NCBI RefSeq assembly: GCF_039654945.1
Contig: NW_027361681.1
Span: forward strand, 3,720,001 to 3,784,000
Source of the DNA: Dendrobates tinctorius
Taxonomy: Eukaryota
DNA length: 64,000 nucleotides
Direction of reading: 5' to 3'
Part shown: one piece after another, positions 15,683-27,491 of the stretch
Position numbering within the stretch: the first letter of the stretch is position 1
Layout: each line of letters opens with the position of its first letter
Position numbers and translations under genes: made by a program
Notes under the pieces: model-generated
The model's input: only the letters and a program-made list of their open reading frames with translations
Database searches by the model: none
Told to the model about the DNA's origin: nothing

Positions 15683-16126
15683 CCACGAGAGTTTTGTGAC
15701 CTTGTTTTGGGGTGATCATCCTACATTGTGCATTTGGTGCACAGTGAGACTTTTCCCGTCTCTTAGATAAAGTAAGGATGCAAAACTGACCCCGGGTCAT
15801 AGTCTGATATTTTACTGTTCGGGTAAATGTGTGCAGATTTGCCGCACGTTTTTCTACTTGCATTTCCCCAGACAGTGTTGCAGCCAAAATCACAAAACTA
15901 TATGTAAATGCATATGTGGGACCATAAAACCCAGTAATGGATTCCCCCAACTTGGACCATACCATATGTAACAATAAGTGGGTGCAGGGTAACAAAATGG
16001 GTAATGGAATAGACCCAGCCATAGGTGGTGGACGAAGTCCTGGGAACTGTCTCTCATGAAGTCCGCCAGGGAGGGATGCTGACACCTTGATATTCCGGAT
16101 GGAGGACAGTCGACCATCACGTTGTG

Positions 16127-16702
16127 TTAAAGGCGCAGATATGTTGGGAAAAACACCATGAAAAATAGCAAAATGATGCAGCAAATGAGGACCCAGAGGA
16201 TGCAGCCGTAGTTCCTCAGCATGAGGTTGCAGCGGTGATAATGAGGTTGTCGTGGGACCACCACCAGGTCACCAGGCTGGGAGAAACGTGGTTGTATTGG
16301 ACTCAGGAGATGGACGCTGATGACCACGTCCTGCTCCTGCCCCGGGGGGAAATAAGACAATGTGTTGGGTGTACTCATGATGTAGTTGTGGCCGTATCCC
16401 TTCTTCCAGCACAGTTTGGACCCTTCCATCCACACTTTCTGAAGCGCGCCCATCCATGGGGGGAACTGAGCTACGATGTTCATATTGGGGGGCAGCTGTG
16501 GTATGCCCCCTGTTGGGATGGTGACTACAGCCCGGCACATGGGGCAGCAGAATGTCTCCAGCTCCTTCTGGAAGATACAAAGCTTGGACAGGCACTCCAT
16601 GCAGAAGGTATGTGAGCACGGCAGGAGCAGCGGAGTCTTAAAGACGTTGTCATAAGTCGCAAAGCAAATTGGACACTCGGGCACCGAATACTCCAGCTCC
16701 AT
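16127..16702 (-). CDS. Intronless RING-HC E3 ligase with C-terminal TM helix, RNF223/RNF183-family paralog B (191 aa)
   Basis: CPIC..CSHTFCMEC..CPMC RING; VWMEGSKLC motif; TM segment ILWVLICCIILLFFMVFF; first in-frame ATG at 16702. Confidence 0.88.
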   Translation of the reverse strand: MELEYSVPECPICFATYDNVFKTPLLLPCSHTFCMECLSKLCIFQKELETFCCPMCRAVVTIPTGGIPQLPPNMNIVAQFPPWMGALQKVWMEGSKLCWKKGYGHNYIMSTPNTLSYFPPGQEQDVVISVHLLSPIQPRFSQPGDLVVVPRQPHYHRCNLMLRNYGCILWVLICCIILLFFMVFFPTYLRL

Positions 16703-17390
16703 GAGAGGACTGTATTCTACAGCCAATGGCAGGAGGTAGTTAATCAAGGTTTTATAGGATAAGACTTCAGAAAACGTGGCCCCTGCAGCTTTGCCGATGT
16801 CCTGACCTCATCTTCAGCCCAAAAGATGGAAGTTTTGCCAAGTCATGGAGGTCCTGATGAATGCTCCTTGGATGTTCCTCCACAGCGTGGGACTATGGTG
16901 ATTGGAGCCGTTCTGAAGGAGAATGTCCAGGGCTCTGGTACTGGCTTGTCCGGTCTGTGTTGATACCATGCCTGGTAACTATATTTACTCACTATGTTGG
17001 CGTGGCTTCATCAACTCATAAAGGATCACGTTACTTCTGGACAATGACACCGCATGTCGCACCCACTGCTACACAACTTCTCATTGTCTGATCTCTGCAC
17101 TCATTTACATGAATTCAAATGGAAACCTCGGGTCAGAGGACAGATCCCTCTAATTTAAGGGGGTGCACATAACTCCCCCCTCCGCCCCACCCACTCACTG
17201 AGTACGGATCATTTGTAAGGGAAATCTCAAAGCAAATATAACGTCACAGAATCAATACCCAAGAACGAGTGATCACATCTCACATTGTCCTATACCCTGA
17301 GTGTCAGGGTCGTTACCCTGTGCCCCAAACGTCAGGGTCTCGCACCCTGCCGCATCTGCTGGTTCCCAGCTCTTGCTATATACAGATGTC

Positions 17391-17423
17391 CTTGACAAAG
17401 ACCGCTCACGGTCGTAATGTTGA
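17391..17423 (+). other. Degenerate Penelope-type hammerhead motif
   Basis: CTTGACAAA-GACCG(CTCA)CGGTC-GTAATGTTG: variant core with stem II; GAAAC decayed to GTAAT. Confidence 0.35.
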
Positions 17424-17538
17424 ACCTTGTCTGTTTTGACTCCATGTTGCATAAATTAAATTAACACTGCAGCAAGGCCTACCTAATAATTTTCTTTGGT
17501 GCAGAGGTTCCCCCTTCAATTAATCTGGACCTTGAGTC

Positions 17539-17861
17539 CAGGGCCAGACTGGCCAACTGGCAAATGCCAGAAGGGCCTGTCTGGCCATGGGCTGTCTTAT
17601 CTGCTACATTGCTAACAGAATCGGTGCTCTCAAGACCCTCATACTGTTAACAGTTGTGACGGAGCACAAAGTCGCTCACTCCATCACTTACCCCGGCAGG
17701 CTATGGGTCTCATTAGAAATATTGGTCTTGTAGTAAATCTTCCTCTTCTCCATCCAGGGTAATATTAGTAATATATCCCATCTGGCCCTCGGGGGTGGTG
17801 ACAGCATGGACCTGTGTGATTTCAAATGCCAGGGCTGAATTTCAGTCCCAGTCCGTACCTG
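17539..17861. mobile_element. hAT-type MITE
   Basis: CAGG...CCTG termini; 8-bp TSD CTTGAGTC/CTCGAGTC. Confidence 0.75.
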
Positions 17862-18041
17862 CTCGAGTCCCTTCCTTGAGAAAACTATATTTTTTTTAAA
17901 AAAGGACAGTGTTGCTGGTTTTCCTCCTTCATCTCCCTGAGCCCCGAGTGTCAGGCTCATTATGCCTCTGCCCCGAGTATCAGGGTCTTTATGCCCCTGC
18001 CTCGAATGTTGGGGTCGGTATCCCCTGCCCAGAGTGTCAGG

Positions 18042-19331
18042 CAGGGCCGGCGTTAGGGTACGTTGTATGAAAAAGAACAAAAGGGATGGCACTCACCGTT
18101 CTGATGAAGTGAATTTATTTTCAGATAAAAAGCATAGGCTCGGGAGAGATGTATGAATTGTGGACAACGGCCGCTTCACGCCAACTGCGCTTCAACGGGT
18201 CCATGGAGTGCCATCCGTTTTGTTCTTTTTCATGCAACATAGCCATGCATGTTTTTCTTTGGATTGAGCACCCGTTATGTGGGTAGCTTGTGTACAGCCC
18301 AGGTGTGTGAGTTTGTACTGTACTATAGTGCATATCAAGGTGGCGGCAGTGGTGCCGAATTTTCTTCTTTCTTCTTGTACATAGGGCCGGTGTTAGGGGC
18401 AGGCAGACCAGGCAGCTGCCTAGGGCCCCCGCTCGTCCAGGGGCCCCCAGCTGAGCCAGTGGTGTGTCGCTAATAGTGGCACACCACATGGCCGCTGAGG
18501 GGCCCGGCGCCGCCCTCCCTCGTTGCTCATTCAACTTATCGTCATCATAGACGCCGATACAGTTGAAAGCAGTGATGGAGGAGAGAGCGTCAGTTGACGC
18601 TCCCTCTCCCATCACTTCCCTCTGCATTTGTTTCAGTGGGCGCGCGATGACGTCACTTCATCGTGCATCATGCTGTGCCAGCAGTGGTGCCGATGAGACT
18701 GGAGCAGCGCGGGGACCAAGGTGGAGGGGTGAGCATTATGCGATTGTGTGTGTGAGAATGCGGGGGCTGTATTATATTGTGTATTATAGTGTATGTTGGG
18801 GGGAGCTGCACTGTACCGTGTTTTGGGGGCGAGTTGCACTGTACAGGGTGTTGGGGGGAGCTGCACTATACCGTGTGTTGGAGGGGAGCTGCACTATATC
18901 GTGTGTTGGGGGGAGTTACACTGTACCATGTGTTGGGGAGCTGCACTATACTGTGTGTGGAGGGGGGCTACATTATACTGTGTGTGTCTGGGTAGCTGCA
19001 CTATGCTTGGAGGGGGGCTGCAGCATACTTTATGAGAGGGGCTGCAGTAAACTCTATGAGGGGGTTGCAGTATACTCTATGAGGTGGGGCTGCAGTATAC
19101 TCTATCAAGGACTATGGGGAGTGCATTATACTGTATTAAGGACTATCTGTCCCCATCATTCTTCCTCAGCCGGTGCAAAGAAACTTGGGAACAAGCGTCG
19201 AACAACTTCAATGCCGTTGATCACGCTCGTTTAATGGCTTGAACTCTGCACCTGTAAATACAATCAAAATGTTTGTGTGATGTGGAATATGTGAGCATTT
19301 GGGGCCCCACATGCTCTTGAATCCGGCCCTG
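18042..19331. mobile_element. hAT-type non-autonomous element with internal ~29-bp repeats, interrupted by a Penelope-like insertion
   Basis: TIR CAGGGCCGG/CCGGCCCTG; 8-bp flanks GTGTCAGG/GTGTTGGG (6/8). Confidence 0.7.
18059..18382 (-). mobile_element. Penelope-like (pLTR) remnant with a minimal type-I hammerhead variant
   Basis: 16-bp TSD AGGGCCGGYGTTAGGG (18043-18058, 18383-18398); internal inverted repeat; minus 18162-18202 reads GGAC-CCGTTGA-A-GCGC(AGTTG)GCGT-GAAG-CGGCCG-TT-GTCC, then AATAAA. Confidence 0.65.
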
Positions 19332-19949
19332 GTGTTGGGGTTGGTATCCCCTGCCCCAAGAGTCGGGTCATTATACATACTATATAACACCTCCGTCGTT
19401 TGGTTCAATTACTGCTTTAATTATCTCCATGCAGTTCAGTTTGTGTCCAGCAGGTGGAGACAGCGCAGCATCTAGTTCTCTGTCTCCACCATAGGCGCCG
19501 TCAATCTTCGCCTTTATAACTTGTGAATAGAAGGCAGTAATGAGCTGATGGTTGAGGCACGTTCAGACATGGAGTCCCGGCATATTTACCTGAGTAATAT
19601 TTACTCACAAACACGCAGAGTATTCGATTTCTTAGTGTCTTTCTATGCATGGTCTCACATTGACAGTCACTTCTTTTTGTCCGCAGAGTTATCAGCATGT
19701 ACAAGTGCCAGCGACGGGGTGACATCTGGCGCATCAGACCCTCATACACACAGTGAGGAATTTCCTCCTTTGTAACAGTCTCTTATTTCTCTGATGCATC
19801 TGAAATGGAAAATAATAGTCTTTGAAAATCTCCTGCCATTTTGTGTCTACAGCTGCTACCCAGATCTATGTGTCTCCATGGTAACAGGCTATAGGTTCAT
19901 GGATTGTGTTACACAAAAGTGGATGAACCCTGCACAGGTCAGTAGCATG

Positions 19950-21232
19950 GTATCACACGGGAGAGGATTAGATACACGGCTCAGCAGTCAGTATCACACG
20001 GGAGAGGATTAGATACACGGCTCAGCAGTCAGTATCACACGGGAGAGGATTAGATACACGGCTCAGCAGTCAGTATCACACGGGAGAGGATTAGATACAC
20101 GGCTCAGCAGTCAGTATCACACGGGAGAGGATTAGATACATGGCTCAGCAGTCAGTATCACACGGGAGATGATTAGATACACGGCTCAGCAGTCAGTATC
20201 ACACGGGAGAGGATTAGATACACGGCTCAGCAGTCAGTATCACACAGGATAGGATTAGATACATGGCTTAGCAGTCAGTATCACACAGGATAGGATTAGA
20301 TACATGGCTCAGCAGTCAGTATCACACAGGATAGGAATAGATACACGGCTCAGCAGTCAGTATCACACAGGATAGGATTAGATACACGGCTCAGCAGTCA
20401 CTATCACAGGATAAGATTAGATGCTCAGCACACAGTATCACACATGATGATATTAGATACACGGCTCAGCACACAGTATCACACGGGATAGGATTAGATA
20501 TACAGCTCAGCAGACAGTATCACACAGGATAGGATTAGATACACAGCTCAGCAGTCAGTATCACACAGGATAGGATTAGATACACGGCTCAGCAGGCTGT
20601 ATCACACAGGATAGGATTAGATACACGGCTCAGCACACAGCGTCACACGGGATGGGATTAGATACACGGCTCAGCAGACAGTATCAAACAGGATAGGATT
20701 AGATACACAGCTCAGCAGACAGTATCACACAGGATAGGATTAGATACACGGCTCAGCAGACAGTATCACACAGGATAGGATTAGATACACTGCTCAGCAG
20801 TCAGTATCACACAGGATAGGATTAGATACACGGCTCAGCAGACAGTATCACACAGGATAGGATTAGATACACTGCTCAGCAGTCAGTATCACACAGGATA
20901 GGATTAGATACACGGCTCAGCAGACAGTATCACACAGAATAGGATTAGATACACAGCTCAGCAGACAGTGTCACACAGGATAGGATTAGATACACAGCTC
21001 AGCAGACAGTATCACACAGGATAGGATTAGATACACTGCTCAGCAGACAGTATCACACAGGATAGGATTAGATACACTGCTCAGCAGTCAGTATCACACA
21101 GGATAGGATTAGATACACGGCTCAGCAGACAGTATCACACAGAATAGGATTAGATACACAGCTCAGCAGACAGTGTCACACAGGATAGGATTAGATATAC
21201 AGCTCAGCAGACAGTATCACACAGGATAGGAT
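19950..21232. repeat. 41-bp satellite (CAGTATCACACAGGATAGGATTAGATACACRGCTCAGCAGW), ~31 units
   Basis: Direct tandem array; same family as 52111-62372. Confidence 0.97.
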
Positions 21233-21959
21233 ATTGCCCACAAGATGATTGACAGCCCTTGCTCCGCCTCCTGATCAGTGCTCACCTGTTACCTGCACAA
21301 TGTGTCAGACTTTGCCTCTCCTCAGCGTCTCCTTTTCTCTCTTCTGCCTCCTTCGGTTCCAGGGCTTGGCGGCTGTTAATTTAACCCTTTACCTGCCTGA
21401 CACAACATTCCAGGTCCCCAGTGCACCGTGTGGCCTCGGGGTGACTACATTCATTGCTCCATGTGAGCTTTCGAGAGACCCCGCTGACATGACGGCCGCC
21501 CTGCCAGCTCCTGGTAAGTGTCTGCTCATTGTGGGTAGTGGATGATAGGATTCATTGCTGGTGGAGCAGCAGAAACCTCCCCAAACGATTGCACCATTTA
21601 CCATAGTTTGTAGATGGAGGACCCACATAGTATATCTGCGCTTATAGATCCGGGCCCTTGTTTGATCGTATCAGGGCTGGTGAGTGGCATCAATTGTTCC
21701 CTTTTATCAGCCATTGTAGTTATGAAGAGACTGACCGGACAGGTGAATGCAACCTATTGTCCCCTTTTATCAGCAACCCAAGCCAGGCGCCTTGTGCAGC
21801 ATAGGAGCTGCTGGCACATAGAGGACGATGCCTTCCTGCGCACACTAGACTTCTGATAACATAGAACAATAGCTGTATGTTACCTACACTGCGCAAATGG
21901 ACAACACCGTCATTCCTCAAAATGATGACATCTGCGTGAATATGAGCCAGCCACAAAGT

Positions 21960-22179
21960 ACGAGGGCCTATGTCACTGATATGGGGGGGACGACAGTGAC
22001 ATACGAGGGACCTAGTCACTGATATAGGGGGGGACGACAGTGACATACGAGGGACCTAGTCACTGATATATGGGGGGACGACAGTGACATACGAGGGACC
22101 TAGTCACTGATATATGGGGGACGACAGTGACATACGAGGGACCTAGTCACTGATATATCGGGTACAACAGTTTGAATCA

Positions 22180-22214
<35 letters not shown>
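21960..22214. repeat. 44-bp minisatellite (~4.5 units) followed by (TA)n
   Basis: ACGAGGGACCTAGTCACTGATATA..GGGGACGACAGTGACAT recurs at 22003, 22047, 22091. Confidence 0.9.
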
Positions 22215-22216
<2 letters not shown>

Positions 22217-22949
22217 GCAGGGGTGTGAGTGACAGTGATGTACTAAGGGTATTAGCAATATATGGGGGTCATCTATGATATTTCTTCACCTGTACACGGA
22301 AGTGACAATGTTTATCTTAATCCCCGGGACAGGGAGACATCCTGCTGCCTCAGGGCTCAGATCCGGATTCACAGTTGTCCCGGATTCTAGAGCCTAGAAG
22401 TGAGAGATCAAGACGGAGGGGTGCAGAGAATACACGGTGAAGGTAGGTATGGGGGAGGGGGGAGCTCTGATCAACCAAGACTTTCCAATGCAATTTGGAA
22501 ACTTTTTTGTTTTATCTAGAACCCCACAAGTCATACTGCCACTGTCCACCCCCTCCCCTCGTGTCACCGCTATCTGTGGCGATACATATTTTTACTGTTC
22601 CCTATGTGTCACTCTCAGGGGTTCTCCATCTTGTGCACTGCTGTGTATGAGGTGATCCATATGAGATCGCTCCCCATGTTTACAGGTACAATGTTCCCGC
22701 GCGCTTCCTGAGCAGATGGCCGCAGCGAGTGACCACAGAATGAGAAGGGCAAAGTTCTGTAGACACAGCGATAGAGACTCTAGTGCGGTCAGAGTTCATG
22801 GTGATTTTGGGGGGTTGTAAGTAAACAGGATCCATAAAGGGCGGTGCCGTTGTCTCCTCGTGCTTATTTACAACATTTTCCGTGTTTCTCTAATAGGATC
22901 TAATTGAACAACATCCTGGACTGCAGCTGGCTGTAAATGAGCGATAACC

Positions 22950-23504
22950 ATGGCGGACGCTTCCAAGCTCGAACCAGAGTACGAGTGTCCCGTGTGCTGG
23001 AATCCGTATAACACCACGTTCCGCACTCCCAAACTGCTGAGCTGCCACCACACCTTCTGCGTGGAGTGCCTGGCCCACCTGAGCTTCACCACCCAGGTGA
23101 GGAACCGCCTGCACTGCCCGCTGTGCCGACACACCACAATGCTACGCCTGGACCAGGTGATCACAGATCTTCCCACCAACACTGTCATCCTCGGCCATCT
23201 CAAATTGGAGCCAGAGAAACATGGACTTTCTGCCCAAGACACCCGTAGACTGAACTTCTTCCAGCGTCCCTCCTCGGTTTATACTCTTAACGTTGCCCAG
23301 GACACAGGGTCCTTGTACGGTGCTCAACAAAATCAGGTACCGACTCCCCCGACCACTATTCCCTCTGACAACTCCTCCTGGCAGTGTCTCCGGAACCCCC
23401 AGTTCCGCCTGTTCTCCTACATGATGATGACTATGCTGGTGGTCAGCATGCTACTGATCTTTTCCATTTTCTGGACTCGCAAGCTACTGTGGGGACCAGG
23501 GTGA
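22950..23504 (+). CDS. RNF183: E3 ubiquitin ligase RNF183 (single coding exon, 184 aa)
   Basis: ECPVCWNP.N.TF.TPK.L.C.H.FCVECLAHLS, RNPQFR.F.Y and LLIFSIFWT...LWG.G match mammalian RNF183; syntenic orientation; acceptor AG at 22895-22896. Confidence 0.93.
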   Translation: MADASKLEPEYECPVCWNPYNTTFRTPKLLSCHHTFCVECLAHLSFTTQVRNRLHCPLCRHTTMLRLDQVITDLPTNTVILGHLKLEPEKHGLSAQDTRRLNFFQRPSSVYTLNVAQDTGSLYGAQQNQVPTPPTTIPSDNSSWQCLRNPQFRLFSYMMMTMLVVSMLLIFSIFWTRKLLWGPG

Positions 23505-23595
23505 CTCCACTGGGATCTATAAACAGTTGTCTTGGAAGACCTGTAATATAAGTTTATTATACAGGATGCAGCCCAATATCAAGTCAGTGTTTCTT

Positions 23596-23601
23596 AATAA
23601 A
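23596..23601 (+). terminator. RNF183 polyA signal candidate
   Basis: AATAAA 92 nt after the stop codon. Confidence 0.55.
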
Positions 23602-23823
23602 TCGTATAAGGGGTAAAAGCCAAAATTCTCAATGTGGTTTCCCCATTTTAAATGAACTTAGGTTTCTGAGCCAATAATTGCTGTAAACTTGTACCCCAAT
23701 CACCTCCAGAGCGGAGTTCAAAAGTCTACTGGTAGGTTCAAGCAAGGCAGAGACTAAGAGGTGGAATTTCCCTTTTATGGGATTACTCATCATATATTAG
23801 ATGATTATGCCAGTAACACACTA

Positions 23824-25220
23824 CACTGGGGGCAGAATTATTAGGCAAATGAGTATTTTGATCACATCATCCTATTTATACATGTTGTCCTACTGCAAGC
23901 TGTATAGACTTGAAAGCCAACTGCCAATTATGTAAATCAGGTTATTTGCATCTCTGTAATGAGGAGAGTGCGGTCTAATGACATCAAAACCCTATATAAG
24001 GTGTGCTTAATTAGGCAACTTCTTTTCCTTTGGCAAAATGGGTCAGAAGAGAGATTTGACAGACTCTGAAAAGTCAAAAATTGTGAGATGTCTTGCAGAG
24101 GGATGCAGCAGTCTTGAAATTGCCAAACTTTTGAAGCGTGATCACTGAACAATCAAGCGTTTCATGGCAAATAGCCAACAGGGTCACAAGAAGCGTGTTG
24201 ATAAAAAAAGGCGCAAAATAACTGCCCATGAATTGAGGAAAATCAAGCGTGAAGCTGCCAAGATACCATTTGCCACCAGTTTTGCCATATTTCAGAGCTG
24301 CAACGTTACTGGAGTATCAAAAAGCACAAGGTGTGCCACACTCAGGGACATGGCCAAGGTAAGGAAGGATGAAAAACGACAACCTTTGAACAAGAAACGT
24401 CAAGACTGGACCAAGAAATATCTTAAGACTGATTTTTCTAAGGTTTTATGGACTGATGAAATGAGAGCGACTCTTGATGGACTAGATGGATGGGCCTGAG
24501 GCTGGATCAGTAAAGGCCAGAGAGCGCCACTCCGACTCAGACGCCAGCAAGGTGGAGGTGGAGTACTGGTATGGGCCGGTATCATCAAAGATGAACTTGA
24601 AGGACCTTTTCGGGTTGAGGATGGAGTGAAGCTCAACTCCCAGACCCTACTGCCAGTTTCTGGAAAACACCTTCTTCAAGCAGTGGTACGGTAAGAAGTC
24701 GGTATCGTTCAAGAAAAACATGATTTTCATGGAGGACAATGCTCCATCACATGCATCCAAGTACTCCACAGCGTGGCTGGCCAGTAAAGGTCTAAAAAGA
24801 AAAAATAATGACATGGCCCCCTTGTTGGATGGAAGGCTTTTGAGTGTCATCGTAAAGAAAGGTGGCTATATTGGTCACTGATTTTTTTTGTTTTGTTTTT
24901 GAATGTCAGAAATGTTTATTTCTAAATTTTGTGTTGCTCTATTGGTTTACCTGGTGAAAATAAACAAGTAAGATGGGTATATATTTGTGTTTTATTAAGT
25001 TGCCTAATAATTCTGCACTGTAATAGTTACCTGCACAAACAGATATCCTCCTAAGATAACCAAATCTAAAAAAAAAAAAAAAAAAACCACCACTCCAACT
25101 TCCAAAAATATTAAGCTTTGATATCTATGAGTCTTTTGGGTTGATTGAGAAAATAGTTGTTATTCAATAATAAAAAGAATCCTCTCAAATACAACTTGCC
25201 TAATAATTCTGCACCCAGTG
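23824..25220 (+). mobile_element. Degenerate Tc1-family transposon (possibly TRT/DD37E-like)
   Basis: TIR CACTGGGKGCAGAATTATTAGGCAA with TA TSD; transposase from ATG 24038 with stops, a frameshift and loss of the third catalytic motif; WTDEMRATLDGLDGW and FMEDNAPSH remain. Confidence 0.88.
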
Positions 25221-25454
25221 TAGAGCCTCGCTTTGCCCCTTCTGTGCAGGGACCTCAGCGACATCCTCATATAAAATGTCTTCACTCATGGCCATAGGGA
25301 CGAGTCTGATTTCAAAGAGAATGGCCTGAGCTTCAATCTGAGACCCATCCTGCAGCCAGATGTGGCGCCGTCTTTGGCAGCCATGGTTTTCCTACCATTA
25401 TACACATACTGCTTCCAGGCAGAGACAGATCCATCCACCGCTATGTAATAAACA

Positions 25455-25460
25455 TTTATT
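25455..25460 (-). terminator. PRPF4 polyA signal candidate
   Basis: AATAAA on the minus strand ~140 nt after the stop codon. Confidence 0.6.
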
Positions 25461-25600
25461 TTAGAAGCATAAAAAATATACACATAAATGTAGACATTTC
25501 ACTTCCTAAACTGCAACCTGGCTTGTGCTAGTTGCTCCAGAACTACAGTTACTAGCATATCAGAAGCTGGGTTAATGTTCATTGGTTTAAATCTTTTATC

Positions 25601-25794
25601 TTATTCCACCATCCAAAGCTTAAAAGTTCTGTCGTAGGAGCAGGTGGCTATGAGTTCTCCGTCTGAGGATATGTCCACACCCATCACTTTCCCCTCGTGA
25701 CCAGCAAGTGTCTTTAGTGGAGACCACAGCGGGTGCGTCCAGACTTTGGCGGTGTTGTCATAAGCGCCGGTCAGCAGGTATTGTCCATTTGTGG
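25601..25794 (-). CDS. PRPF4: PRPF4 exon 14 ([19 protein letters not shown]...FKLWMVE*)
   Basis: AG acceptor; in phase with exon 13; matches the PRPF4 C-terminal WD40. Confidence 0.97.
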
Positions 25795-26421
25795 CTGTAA
25801 TAGAAGGGGGTGTTATGTACTTAGAGGAAAAACAGGACATGTTGATTGCTTAGTGTTAGATAATAAATCTGGACAGCTACAGCCACCACTAGAGGGAGCC
25901 TGTGCACACATTGGAGTTTACAGGTTGCTCCCACTAGTGGTGGCTGCAATGTCATCCCTTACCTATGGGTCTGTGCAGATAACCCACAAACTTACCCTCT
26001 TAAGTAGCATCTATGGGCTAAACATGGCTGAAACTTGAGCCCGGCTTACAGTGTTATGTAGTCTAGTGTCCTCTACAGTAGAGGTGGGTACAGGGTATGT
26101 GCCTTATGTGAACCAACACCACATCTTGGCCAGGAATAACTAGTAGATGTTGCAGAACAGGACTCATCAGCTGCACCAATCTGCCCCTATACACATATAG
26201 CGTAGAAATGAGCTCACTGATGATTTTCCAATCATGCATTGCTTTGAGGTTAGCAGGGTATGACCCGTGTTGTATTTTTGCAATGCTAAGGGTATGTATG
26301 AAAACCTGCAGCATGTATCCTTAAGCACTGCAAACTACGATTCCCACCATGTGCTGTAAGCCTACTGCCACATATCTTCTCTGCTGCAATAAAAAAATCC
26401 CCCAAAATCCCATAAACTTAC

Positions 26422-26540
26422 GCTGGAACCGCACAGCGCTGACCAGGTTCTGGTGAGCCGGGATGGTGTAGATGCAGCGCCGCTGCCGGAGGTCCCAAAC
26501 TTTACAGGTGTTGTCCCCACTGCCGGTAGCAATATGAAAC
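26422..26540 (-). CDS. PRPF4: PRPF4 exon 13
   Basis: [21 protein letters not shown]...VRFQ; GT-AG, 119 nt. Confidence 0.97.
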
Positions 26541-26685
26541 CTGACACAGAAAAGAGCAAAACGTGAAGGGGTACCAATAACCATCTTGTCTGAATTCCTT
26601 TAATCCACCATCTGATAATCTGGAACCTCAAGATAAAGCAGAAAGAATCATGTGGTCAATAGCAGCAGCAGATTTCATGTTTTTA

Positions 26686-26937
<252 letters not shown>

Positions 26938-27154
26938 TCAACAAGTACCCGCATCATCCTCTACACAGGATGGGTTTGCTGGGAGCTGTAGTTTCACAAA
27001 GCTGGAGAGCCACAGGTTGCTGACCACAATAAAGCAGCCATGACTGTAAGTAGTTGTCCAGCTGTTGAGAAACTACAACTCCCAGCAGACCCCGTAAACA
27101 TAAGTAAAGACCCCCACCCTTAACAGCAGCGATAATATTCTCATTGCTCCTTAC

Positions 27155-27277
27155 CCAGTGCCAGCCAGGGAGCCGTCCAGGTGGAAAGAGAGGTCGTACA
27201 CCCCTTTACTGTGACCCTCCTGATGCAGAATTTCCTCTTGTGCTTCCAAGTCCCACAAGCGCCAGGACTTGTCATAA
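27155..27277 (-). CDS. PRPF4: PRPF4 exon 11
   Basis: [27 protein letters not shown]; GT-AG, 123 nt. Confidence 0.97.
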
Positions 27278-27299
27278 CTAAAGAGATAGCGAAGGGTTA

Positions 27300-27491
<192 letters not shown>

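Noticed and set aside
15678-16184. ORFs downstream of RING paralog B
   Set aside because: No recognisable domain; consistent with 3' UTR
18563-19234. 223-aa Cys/Gly/Tyr-rich ORF
   Set aside because: Internal tandem repeats of a hAT-type element
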